DNA from: Candidatus Peribacteria bacterium
Lineage (GTDB): Bacteria > Patescibacteriota > Gracilibacteria > Peribacterales > Peribacteraceae
Length of the DNA: 55,554 nucleotides
NCBI GenBank assembly: GCA_041691135.1
Contig: JBEPVF010000011.1
Coordinates: 1 to 55,554 of the forward strand
Reading direction: 5' to 3'
The notes beneath the pieces are model-generated. The model did not search any database. It was given only the letters and a program-made list of their open reading frames with translations, and was not told the origin of the DNA. Position numbers and translations under genes: made by a program. Below, piece by piece: positions 28,279 to 36,902 of the stretch. The first letter of the stretch is position 1. Each line of letters begins with the position of its first letter.

Positions 28279-29490
28279 TTACTTTTTTGATGCCTGATTC
28301 TCAAAGAAGTTTTCGAACACAGCGGCAATGTACTCCAGCTCCTTCTGTTTAAACCCCTGATGACAGCCGATATAGAAACCGGACTCGTTCACCCAATGTG
28401 CCACGGGGAAATCTTCCTGACGAATGTTCATGGCCGCGTACACCGGCTGATTGATGAGCGGCAGCATGTCGCGCGTCTCGACGTTCCATTCCTCCAGATG
28501 CTTGATCATGTCCCACTTGCTGAACGCGGCGCCGGGTTTGATGACAATCGGAAACATCATGAATGCATGTTCCTGCACGGCCGGATCGAAGGATGGCAAT
28601 TGCAAATAACTCTCGAATTTCTGCAGACGTTCGACCAGCCAAGTGGCGTTCTTCTGACGTTTATCCAGAATGCTCTCCAGACGTTCCAATTGCCCCAAGC
28701 CCAATGCCGCTTCCATTTCGGTCGCACGGAAACTGTAGCCGCGCCGCACAAAGCGGAACCGGCGCTTGATCACCTGCTGGAAGGCTGCGCCATCGATGTC
28801 TTTGTCATCATCGATGCTGATGTAGATGCTGTCGCGACCATGGTTGGCCAGACTGCGCAGAATCTCGGCATAGCGTTCGTCGCTGGTCACAGCCAAGCCG
28901 CCCACACCGGTCACGATCAGGTGTGCCACGTAGGTGGAGAAACAACTGATCTCGCCGAACGATCCGGCCTTCTTGCCTTTGTAGCGCACACCCATCGTCT
29001 CGCAACTGTCTTCGATAATGCGCAGATTGTGCTTCTTGGCGATGGCCATGATCGGATCCATGTCGGCCGTCATGCCGAACAAATGCACCACCATGATTGC
29101 GCGCGTCTTCGGCGTGATCTTCTCCTCGATCTTCGCCGGATCGATGTTGTATGTCTTGCTATCGCAGTCGACAAACACTGGCACCAGATTGTGATCGAAG
29201 ACGACATTCGATGTGGCGACGAACGTGAGTGCTGGCACGAGCACTTCCTCGCCATCCTTCCAGCCCTCAGTTTCCTTTAGACACGCGACGGCAATCGAGA
29301 GAGCAGATGTGCCGCTGTTCACGAACACGCCGAATGTACTGTCATGCTTCTCGGCAAACTCACGTTCGAACTTGCGGCTGAACGGTCCGTACGAGAGACG
29401 CTCACTGTTCATCGCCTCCAAAACATAGCCTTTTTCCTGCTCCGTTAAATCCAGGGTTCCGACGCCGAGTTGCACAGGAGAACGTTCCAT
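28279..29490 (-). CDS. DegT/DnrJ-fold PLP/PMP enzyme with His in place of the Schiff-base Lys (ColD-like 3-dehydratase candidate)
   Basis: NSGTSAL, TFVAT, IEDSCE, FSTYVAHLIVTGVGG. Confidence 0.8.
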   Translation of the reverse strand: MERSPVQLGVGTLDLTEQEKGYVLEAMNSERLSYGPFSRKFEREFAEKHDSTFGVFVNSGTSALSIAVACLKETEGWKDGEEVLVPALTFVATSNVVFDHNLVPVFVDCDSKTYNIDPAKIEEKITPKTRAIMVVHLFGMTADMDPIMAIAKKHNLRIIEDSCETMGVRYKGKKAGSFGEISCFSTYVAHLIVTGVGGLAVTSDERYAEILRSLANHGRDSIYISIDDDKDIDGAAFQQVIKRRFRFVRRGYSFRATEMEAALGLGQLERLESILDKRQKNATWLVERLQKFESYLQLPSFDPAVQEHAFMMFPIVIKPGAAFSKWDMIKHLEEWNVETRDMLPLINQPVYAAMNIRQEDFPVAHWVNESGFYIGCHQGFKQKELEYIAAVFENFFENQASKK

Positions 29491-29499
29491 ACGCGAAAA

Positions 29500-30297
29500 C
29501 TATAGCGCATCCGCGCGACGCGCGTAGAAAATGGAGTTATGCGGTTCCGTAATCGTATAGCCCTGTTTCTCCAAGAATGACCTGAGCGCTGAAGGCGAAT
29601 GCGAGGGCTCTTTGGAGAAGTGATGGTACTCGATGGCCAGGAAACGAATGTGCTGAAAATAGGAGTCTGGCAACCGATATAATGCATCGTATTCGGCGCC
29701 CTCACAGTCCATCTTGAGAAAATCGATCTGCTCCAGTTTCCAATCGTCCAGCAGTTGTTGCAGTGGAATTACCGGCACGGTAATCGCGTGGCTATCGGCG
29801 GTGTATTGGTAGAGCGAATTGCCGCGGCTGCACTTATCAGACACGTAGAACGGCAATTCTCCCGCTTCACCCGATACCCCACACTCACGCACCGTAGCTC
29901 GCGCATCCAACCCATTGATATGAATGTTGTCCCGAAGCACCTCCGCCGTTTGCGGATCGGGTTCCACGGAAAACAGTCGCGCAGTCGGTGCCTTCTTGGC
30001 CGCGTACAAAGTAAACACGCCGATGTTCGCACCGATATCGACAATGGTGTGGCAGTCGGCCCACGTGAAGGGAATATCGTATGCAGTCGGTTCGTATGCC
30101 CGGTCGATCCACACATCATTGATGGGCGAACGATCGATGGCAAACCCGCGCGTTCGTACGCGCAGCCCGTTCCAGAACCGATACTCCACCAACCGATCAC
30201 GACGGCTCCCGATTCGGCACAAAAAGTACACCGGCCAATTCCGCAGTGTCGTCAGCAGTCGCCAAAAGATAATCGGCAATGGTGGCCGCTTTTCCAT
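29500..30297 (-). CDS. FkbM family methyltransferase
   Basis: VDIGANIG, VEP, FLKMDCEGAEY, IEYH. Confidence 0.92.
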   Translation of the reverse strand: MEKRPPLPIIFWRLLTTLRNWPVYFLCRIGSRRDRLVEYRFWNGLRVRTRGFAIDRSPINDVWIDRAYEPTAYDIPFTWADCHTIVDIGANIGVFTLYAAKKAPTARLFSVEPDPQTAEVLRDNIHINGLDARATVRECGVSGEAGELPFYVSDKCSRGNSLYQYTADSHAITVPVIPLQQLLDDWKLEQIDFLKMDCEGAEYDALYRLPDSYFQHIRFLAIEYHHFSKEPSHSPSALRSFLEKQGYTITEPHNSIFYARRADAL

Positions 30298-30422
30298 GGC
30301 AGTGAGTGTAGATGCAGGGTCGGATGTGAGCAATTGGTTGAAGTGTTCTATGAGCGAATAGAACATCAATCAAATCATCTCGAAGAGCAAAACATCGAAC
30401 ATAACAAATTATCCTCATACTT

Positions 30423-30444
30423 AGAGCGCCGTCTCTCGGCGCGG
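30423..30444 (+). repeat. REP, left of RAYT
   Basis: AGAGCGCCGTCTCTCGGCGCGG. Confidence 0.85.
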
Positions 30445-30498
30445 CAATAGCACAATATCTTCACGTCCCAACGCCATCCGATTCAGAACAATGCAACA

Positions 30499-30903
30499 AT
30501 GCTGATCACAACAAATACAATTGATAGGAGACCAATATTCCAGAATGCAGCAGCTGCTCGCATTGCAATTGAAAAAATGTATACGACACAGCACTTCTAC
30601 CCATTCTTTCTGTACGGCTTTGTAATCATGGAAGATCACTGTCATTTTCTGGTTCGTGTACCAGAGGACGGATCTATTTCAAAAATAATGAACACCTATA
30701 AGCGATATGTAAGCATGGATATTGGACAGCCTGTATGGCAGAAACGTTTCCATATACGTACAGTAAAAGATGCATATAAAGCTTTGGAATATATTCACCA
30801 AAATCCTGTTAAAGCGGGATTATGCGAAATACCAGTCGAGTACCCATGGTCATCGGCATCAGGAAAATGGGATGTTGCTGAGTTGGAATGGTGGCATATG
30901 TGA
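30499..30903 (+). mobile_element. REP-associated tyrosine transposase (RAYT, IS200-like Y1 HUH)
   Basis: FVIMEDHCHFL (HUH), VWQKRF, YIHQNPVKAGL...YPWSS; flanked by inverted REPs; AT-richer than neighbours. Confidence 0.9.
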
Positions 30904-30931
30904 ATTTTGAGAATCAAGAAATCGGGAACCA

Positions 30932-30953
30932 CCGCGCCGTGAGACGGCGCTCT
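30932..30953 (-). repeat. REP, right of RAYT (inverted)
   Basis: Reverse complement AGAGCGCCGTCTCACGGCGCGG, 21/22 identical to the left copy. Confidence 0.85.
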
Positions 30954-31017
30954 GAAGTTTGAAAAATGAGAACTATGGGCCATAGCAATCCCGTCCCAAA
31001 CCAATTACCCTATCCTC

Positions 31018-32280
31018 ATGGAAACGAAACCTGTTTTATGCATCGTCGGCCTTGGCTACGTTGGCCTTCCTCTAGCCGCGGCATTCGCGCGACATGGCTA
31101 CGAAGTGCACGGCTACGATGTAGCGCAGAAACGCATCGACACGCTCAAGGCCGGGCACGACTGGACCAATGAACTGAGTAGTGACGATCTGACCAGCTTG
31201 ACCATCGACTTCAGCACCGACCCGACGGTGATCGCCAAAGCGGATATCGTCATTTTGGCGCTTCCCACACCGGTCGACGACAGCAAAAAGCCCGACTTGA
31301 GCATCCTCGAAAGTGCCACCCACACCGTGGGAAAGAATCTGAAGAAAGGGGCCATTGTCGTGTACGAATCGACGGTGTATCCGGGAGTGACCGAAGAACT
31401 CTGCGGTCCCATTCTGGCCAAGGAATCGGGCCTGACGATGGGTACTGATTTCACCCTCGGGTACTCGCCCGAACGCATCAACCCTGGCGATAAAGAACAT
31501 ACTGTCGAAACGATCATCAAGATCGTCGCCGGACAGGACGAGAAGACATTAAGCACACTGGCCGATCTGTACGGATCGATCGTGAAGGCCGGTATCCACC
31601 GCGCGCCATCGATCAAGGTAGCTGAGATGGCCAAAGCCATCGAGAACGCCCAGCGCGATCTGAACATCGCCTTCGTGAACGAGATTGCGCAGCTGTGTCA
31701 TCGCCTCGGCATCGCTTCGAAAGATGTGCTTGAAGCGGCTGGTACCAAGTGGAACTTCCTGAAGTTCCAACCGGGCCTCGTAGGTGGCCACTGTATCGGC
31801 GTGGACCCGTACTATTTGGTGGAAAAAGCGGCGCAGCTCGGCATGCAGACGGAAGTGATCGCCGCCGGCCGCGCGACCAACGACGGTATGAGCCGCCATG
31901 TGGCCAATCAGGTCCATGAACTGCTCGGTACGCCCGGCAAAATTCTCGTCCTCGGTGTTACATTTAAAGAAAATGTTCCCGATTCTCGCAACAGCAAAGT
32001 GAAAGATGTGGCGAACGCCCTGATCGAAAAGAAGCACGAGGTGAAAGTACTGGATCCGTTCTACAGCCCAGAGGAACTGACTGCCATGGGCTATGTCCCG
32101 GGAGTTCTGGAGAACGATGCCTATGATGCCATCCTATTGCTCGTGCCGCATAAGGCGTACAACGGAATCGAAGCCGACTTGATCCGCTGCAGCAAAGAGA
32201 ATGGTGTGGTCTACGATCTTAAATCCATCGTAAACCGATCAGCGATTGAGCAGGGCAAGCGCAGATACCTCTCGCTGTAA
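31018..32280 (+). CDS. UDP-N-acetylhexosamine 6-dehydrogenase (WbpO/TviB-like)
   Basis: GLGYVGLPLA, YESTVYPG, YSPERINPGD, GLVGGHCIGVDPYYL, FKENVPD.RN. Confidence 0.92.
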   Translation: METKPVLCIVGLGYVGLPLAAAFARHGYEVHGYDVAQKRIDTLKAGHDWTNELSSDDLTSLTIDFSTDPTVIAKADIVILALPTPVDDSKKPDLSILESATHTVGKNLKKGAIVVYESTVYPGVTEELCGPILAKESGLTMGTDFTLGYSPERINPGDKEHTVETIIKIVAGQDEKTLSTLADLYGSIVKAGIHRAPSIKVAEMAKAIENAQRDLNIAFVNEIAQLCHRLGIASKDVLEAAGTKWNFLKFQPGLVGGHCIGVDPYYLVEKAAQLGMQTEVIAAGRATNDGMSRHVANQVHELLGTPGKILVLGVTFKENVPDSRNSKVKDVANALIEKKHEVKVLDPFYSPEELTAMGYVPGVLENDAYDAILLLVPHKAYNGIEADLIRCSKENGVVYDLKSIVNRSAIEQGKRRYLSL

Positions 32281-32282
32281 CT

Positions 32283-33473
32283 ATGCTGACCGCACCTTCC
32301 GCCGTTGCGTCGCACTGGCGACCGATCGCGCTCTTTGTCGCAGCGCTGACGATTTTGATGGCGCTCACATTGGCACCTTACGGCGGCAATCCTTCATCAC
32401 TATTCCACATCGACCGCACAATCGGTCCCGTCATTCCTCCGCACACGGTTGTTCTGAGCGTGCCTGCTTACGACGGCATGCAGTACTTCCAAGTCGCTTA
32501 CAGTATCCCTTCGATGTTCAGTCCATCGGCTTGGAAGGAGAAACTCGTCGACGCACAGCCAACCGGTGTGTACGCCTATCAACGCTTCCTTCTGCCTCTT
32601 TCCGCCTTCATTCTCGCCAGTGGTCAGGAGTCACTGTTTCAGTACACATTCTTGCTGATCAATCTGGCGGCATTGCTTGGAACATTTCTGTTGATCCTGC
32701 GCCGACCTCAGACGCATTCGCTGTATGCCTTCGCTCTCGCACTGTCGCCGGCAGCAACCATTGGCCTGCACTTCTCATTGGCTGAACCGCTGACCCTCTT
32801 TTTGCTCACCGCATTTCTCCTACGCTTCGTTGAACGCAAACGCATCGACCCCCTCGACGTTCTACTCCTGAGCGCTGCCGTCCTCTCGCGGGAAGTAAAT
32901 ATTCTCTTCGTCGGCTTCACCCTTCTGTGGCTACTCTGGAAAAAGCAGTGGCGCGACGCGGCGTTGCTCCTGATCCCCATCGCTGTCTTCGTCGGCCTGC
33001 AACTGTGGATCATGGCCATCTTCGGCCAAATCCCGTTCTTCATGAGCACCGCCAAGCATGGCTTCCCATTTATCGCACCGCTGCAATTGCTGGTGAACGT
33101 CCATCAGTACAATCGCTACACACTCTCGGCAATCGCACTCTTGCTACTATTTGTACTGCCAACTCTTGTTCAAGTATTGCTCGATATGCAAAAATCCAAA
33201 GACCATATACCAGATACCAAACTCTCATTCATCCACCTTTTGCTGCTTGCCTTTCTACTCATCATGCTGACAACGCCAAGCTACATTTGGGGATCTATTA
33301 CGAGTATCGGCCGCGCCATCACGCCGGTGTACCCCCTGTTCATCGTGGGAGCGATGATGCATGATCGGCTGGCACACCGCCTGATCGCGGGAAGCATTCT
33401 GCTGCTCGGCCTCGGCGCCGGCATCGGCCTGGCCTTCAGCGTGCATCCGTTCGCCTTCTCGCCTCTCGCATGA
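32283..33473 (+). CDS. polytopic membrane protein, GT-C-like glycopolymer formation protein
   Basis: YDGMQYF..A, Y.YQR.L.P, AEPL, SRE motifs; many TM helices. Confidence 0.65.
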   Translation: MLTAPSAVASHWRPIALFVAALTILMALTLAPYGGNPSSLFHIDRTIGPVIPPHTVVLSVPAYDGMQYFQVAYSIPSMFSPSAWKEKLVDAQPTGVYAYQRFLLPLSAFILASGQESLFQYTFLLINLAALLGTFLLILRRPQTHSLYAFALALSPAATIGLHFSLAEPLTLFLLTAFLLRFVERKRIDPLDVLLLSAAVLSREVNILFVGFTLLWLLWKKQWRDAALLLIPIAVFVGLQLWIMAIFGQIPFFMSTAKHGFPFIAPLQLLVNVHQYNRYTLSAIALLLLFVLPTLVQVLLDMQKSKDHIPDTKLSFIHLLLLAFLLIMLTTPSYIWGSITSIGRAITPVYPLFIVGAMMHDRLAHRLIAGSILLLGLGAGIGLAFSVHPFAFSPLA

Positions 33474-34150
33474 CTCCCAAGCTCACCATTTTGATCCCCG
33501 TCTACAACGAGGAACGCACCATCGTCTCGGTGATGGACGAACTGGTACGCACCTGGGCCGACGCTCAGCTGATCTATATCGACGACGGCTCGCGCGACAA
33601 TTCGCTGGCTCTGATGAAGCAGCACGCAAGATCGCAGGACATCGTGCTGACCAAACCCAACGGCGGCAAAGGCTCTGCCTTGCGCATGGGCCTGGAGCAC
33701 GCCACAGGCACCTACACTGCCGTCCAAGATGCCGACTTGGAATATCACCCCAAAGAGATCCGGCTACTCCTCGACTACGCCGAACTGCACCCCGGCATCG
33801 TCGTATTCGGCTCACGGTTCCTGATCCCGAATCCCAATCTCTACAAGCGCTACCTGCTCGGCAACAAAGTAGTGACGATGTTCGCCAACGTACTCTTCGG
33901 CTCACAGCTGACAGACTCGTACACATGCTACAAACTCTTCCCCACAGAAGTACTCAAGGCTCTGCCGCTCCAAGGCCGCGGCTTCGAAATCGAAGCGGAA
34001 CTGTGCGGTTACACTCTCAAAAAAGGCATCATGATCCACGATGTGCCCATCACCTATTCACCTCGAACGTTGGAAGAAGGGAAGAAGATTCGCTTCAAAG
34101 ATGGGATGAAGGCGATGACGACGCTCTTGAAGATACGACTGGGAAAATGA
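33470..34150 (+). CDS. GT2 glycosyltransferase (DPM-like)
   Basis: IPVYNE, IDDGS.D, QDADLEY.P, TD..TCYK, EGKKI. Confidence 0.92.
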   Translation: MTPKLTILIPVYNEERTIVSVMDELVRTWADAQLIYIDDGSRDNSLALMKQHARSQDIVLTKPNGGKGSALRMGLEHATGTYTAVQDADLEYHPKEIRLLLDYAELHPGIVVFGSRFLIPNPNLYKRYLLGNKVVTMFANVLFGSQLTDSYTCYKLFPTEVLKALPLQGRGFEIEAELCGYTLKKGIMIHDVPITYSPRTLEEGKKIRFKDGMKAMTTLLKIRLGK

Positions 34151-34162
34151 GCATGCAATGAC

Positions 34163-34522
34163 TCACAGACTCGGCGTGCTACTGGGTATTGATAAAACAC
34201 ATAACCAAAATCCCAACAAGAATAGAGCAAACCACGCAATGCTCCACAGTAATACCTGTGTAGCGCGCCGGTACTGCTTTTCGAAGCAGAGAAGAACCGG
34301 GTATGCGAGCACAGCTGTACCGCAAAAAAGAGCCGAAAAGACAAAAGTGGAGAGGAAGGCCAATATGCTGAATACCGGGGAACCGAAAACCCCATGCGCT
34401 GCCGTTAAAAACGGAGAAGTCACGATCGAGGCACCGGCCAAAATGTAGAGAATGACTATTGCTGTCTGCAGGAAACCGATTGTCCACGCCGAGAGAGATG
34501 CATGTTTTTTAAATAACTTCAT
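34163..34522 (-). CDS. small 3-TM membrane protein
   Basis: Hydrophobic ORF; TATACT upstream. Confidence 0.65.
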   Translation of the reverse strand: MKLFKKHASLSAWTIGFLQTAIVILYILAGASIVTSPFLTAAHGVFGSPVFSILAFLSTFVFSALFCGTAVLAYPVLLCFEKQYRRATQVLLWSIAWFALFLLGFWLCVLSIPSSTPSL

Positions 34523-34596
34523 AGAAAATTCAGTATACGACAGCGCGACACGTATGCAAGATTAGACGAATACTCACTTCATTGGCCCTCTACTTA

Positions 34597-34932
34597 TTAT
34601 TTCTTCTTCTTCAGTTTCTTTGGCTTTGGTACAGGCAACTCCGCTGCTGTAATTCTGATGAGCTCAGTGAGCCATTCTTTATCCTCCCACCGGTCTTCTT
34701 CGACGAGCCAGAATGGTTTGGATCCGGGATACGGCGGCGCTTCTTCCAAGGACTTTGCAAACTGTTTGCCCGCGTCTGTCGGCTTCACGAATAACTTATC
34801 GTCGCAGATGAGTGCCACGACTTTGTCGTTACAGTACAGCGCATATTCACCGAACATCTTGCGGCTGCGGATAACCCCGGCATCGGCTACTTGATCAGCC
34901 ACATACTGAGCGATGGATTCTTGGGTGGCCAT
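34597..34932 (-). CDS. TfoX/Sxy N-terminal domain protein
   Basis: RKMFGEYALY...KVVALICDDKLFVKPT...PPYPG. Confidence 0.9.
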   Translation of the reverse strand: MATQESIAQYVADQVADAGVIRSRKMFGEYALYCNDKVVALICDDKLFVKPTDAGKQFAKSLEEAPPYPGSKPFWLVEEDRWEDKEWLTELIRITAAELPVPKPKKLKKKK

Positions 34933-35000
34933 GCTGTCATTGTAAACGATCCCTTATGAATTGTGAGAATCTGATACAAAAAATCAGATACAATGCCTAC

Positions 35001-35162
35001 ATGCTCTATTTTCTCCTTTTGTTCATCGTTGGATTCATCGCGCTGATGAGCGGCTACTTTCTCCACAGTAAAATTGCAAAAATATCTGGCATTATCCTTA
35101 TGCTGATTCCGTTATTACTATTTGGTGCAATGTTTGCTGGTGGATTCCCAGTACCTTCTTGA
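35001..35162 (+). CDS. small 2-TM hypothetical protein
   Basis: TACAAT-N6-ATG; two hydrophobic stretches. Confidence 0.55.
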   Translation: MLYFLLLFIVGFIALMSGYFLHSKIAKISGIILMLIPLLLFGAMFAGGFPVPS

Positions 35163-35180
35163 AGGTAGCGAGACTAACTC

Positions 35181-35294
35181 CTATGCTAACCAAGCATTTT
35201 CGTGTACAATAAATATAGCATCTTCAGTGTCCCTCAATTCAGCGAGATTATTGAGAATATTATCGCAAACGGTGACATCAATGCATTTAATCAT
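35181..35294 (-). CDS. putative 37-aa small protein
   Basis: TATACT-N6-ATG, then MIKCIDVTVCDNILNNLAELRDTEDAIFIVHENAWLA*. Confidence 0.35.
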   Translation of the reverse strand: MIKCIDVTVCDNILNNLAELRDTEDAIFIVHENAWLA

Positions 35295-35353
35295 GAAGTG
35301 AGTATATCACTGATAGAAATGAAAATACTCTCAAGCAAAACCTACCGGCGCGC

Positions 35354-35439
35354 TTGATTTTTTGACAAAAATGAATTACATTATAAGAGTATTACCATGA
35401 ACTGTACCCCCTGAGGCTCGTCCTTAGCGGGGTGCTTTT
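35354..35439 (+). ncRNA. candidate small RNA (promoter + hairpin + U-tract) convergent with the NYN gene
   Basis: TTGATT-N17-TACATT (35354-35382), then hairpin 35404-35435 whose G-U pairs favour the + strand, then TTTT. Confidence 0.45.
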
Positions 35440-35921
35440 CTATATTCTAACTTTCTTCTTTGATCGCTAATGAATGCGATCTTGTCGGCTGCTGCTGAAT
35501 TCAAAAGCACAGAGTAACGCTTCTGATCTGGAATGAGTAAAACTCGTAGTTTATTTTGTTCGCGTAAGTGTTTCACCAGAGAATAAAAGTCACCATCACC
35601 ACTAATAATGACCGTCTGCGAACATTCATGAATTTTAAGCATGACATGAAGCACTAGATCTGCATCACAATTGCCTTTCACGGTACCATCTTTGTACTTC
35701 AAGATAGGTTTGAAGATTAAAATGTAACCGTAGCTCTGGAGAGCCGCATACAAATCAGCGTTCGTCGGGACATAGCCCATAAGGATGAATGCTTTCTCTA
35801 CATTATACTTCTCCTGCAGATATATTCTGAACCGGCGATAATCTAAATCCCATCCCAAACCCTTGATGGCTTTGTGCAAATTTTGGCCGTCTATGAAGGC
35901 ATAATTTCCATGCTCAGACAT
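35424..35921 (-). CDS. NYN-domain (LabA/DUF88 PIN-like) ribonuclease
   Basis: AFIDGQNL, KGNCDADL, ISGDGDFYSL acidic motifs. Confidence 0.9.
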   Translation of the reverse strand: MSEHGNYAFIDGQNLHKAIKGLGWDLDYRRFRIYLQEKYNVEKAFILMGYVPTNADLYAALQSYGYILIFKPILKYKDGTVKGNCDADLVLHVMLKIHECSQTVIISGDGDFYSLVKHLREQNKLRVLLIPDQKRYSVLLNSAAADKIAFISDQRRKLEYRKAPR

Positions 35922-35957
35922 ACTCCAAACTGTACATCATCCGTAGCATTGGAATGG

Positions 35958-36902
35958 TCAATTTTGTTTCAAAATTTTCTGTAAATCCGCCCTCAGTTTT
36001 TTAGTAAACATCACACTCCCCGATGCGCTGTAATGCTGCCAATCGACGAAGTTGGCTGCGTGGGCGTTGAAGTCGGACACAAGATCGGTGTTGTAATCGA
36101 GCAATGGCAGCTGATGCTGTTTGGCGATCTGGGCCAGATCAGCAGATTGATCGCCCTGCTGGTCCATGGCCGCAAAATAGACCGGCGGTCGCACCAGAAT
36201 CACACGAGTGTGATCGGCGGCTAATTCATCGAGAAGATGATTCAGAGCTGCAATGGCCTCCGGGCTCCGCTCGCTCACCACCGTCTCGTGCGGCGCAGGG
36301 CGATCACGCGGTGGCATCGGCAGATACCCTCGATCGAAGTCTCGCGCGAAATTCTCCTGCTGATCACGGCGAGGAATCAGCACATCGCGAATGCCATTCC
36401 CGCTCTGCAGCAGACGGAAACGGTTCGACACCATGGCTGGCAGGCTGATGCCCGGCGTCGTCAGGTACCGCGCAAACACATTCAGCGGGAGGAAATGACT
36501 GTCCGCTTCGGGCGTGCGGCCGGTTTGTTTGGATAGGCTCAACCAATCCAGACCTAGAATGACAAGCTTCGGCTTGGGATACGCCGGACGGAACACGAGC
36601 GGATACCAGTAGGAGTAGAAGATCGGGCGCCCGCCCAGCAGTGCGAAGTTGAAGATACGATGGAAGTCGATGGCATCAGCCTGGATATCGGTGAGCAGGC
36701 TGGGCTTGATGCCGTAGATGACAACCGACGATCCGAGAATCGCCACATCAGCCGACTGCGTGGGATGGAATACTTCGTGGTAATGAAATGTTTCGTTCAT
36801 CGGATGATTCACATCGATGCGCCACTCCATGACCAAAAGAATGGCGACAAAGCCCACCATGAAGAGCAACGCGCGGCCGATGAACAGGAGGTGCGGTCGC
36901 AT
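35958..36902 (-). CDS. SGNH-like periplasmic acyltransferase partner (AlgJ/DltD-like)
   Basis: N-terminal TM, ILGSS nucleophile block, DWQH catalytic DxxH; start overlaps the MBOAT stop. Confidence 0.72.
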   Translation of the reverse strand: MRPHLLFIGRALLFMVGFVAILLVMEWRIDVNHPMNETFHYHEVFHPTQSADVAILGSSVVIYGIKPSLLTDIQADAIDFHRIFNFALLGGRPIFYSYWYPLVFRPAYPKPKLVILGLDWLSLSKQTGRTPEADSHFLPLNVFARYLTTPGISLPAMVSNRFRLLQSGNGIRDVLIPRRDQQENFARDFDRGYLPMPPRDRPAPHETVVSERSPEAIAALNHLLDELAADHTRVILVRPPVYFAAMDQQGDQSADLAQIAKQHQLPLLDYNTDLVSDFNAHAANFVDWQHYSASGSVMFTKKLRADLQKILKQN

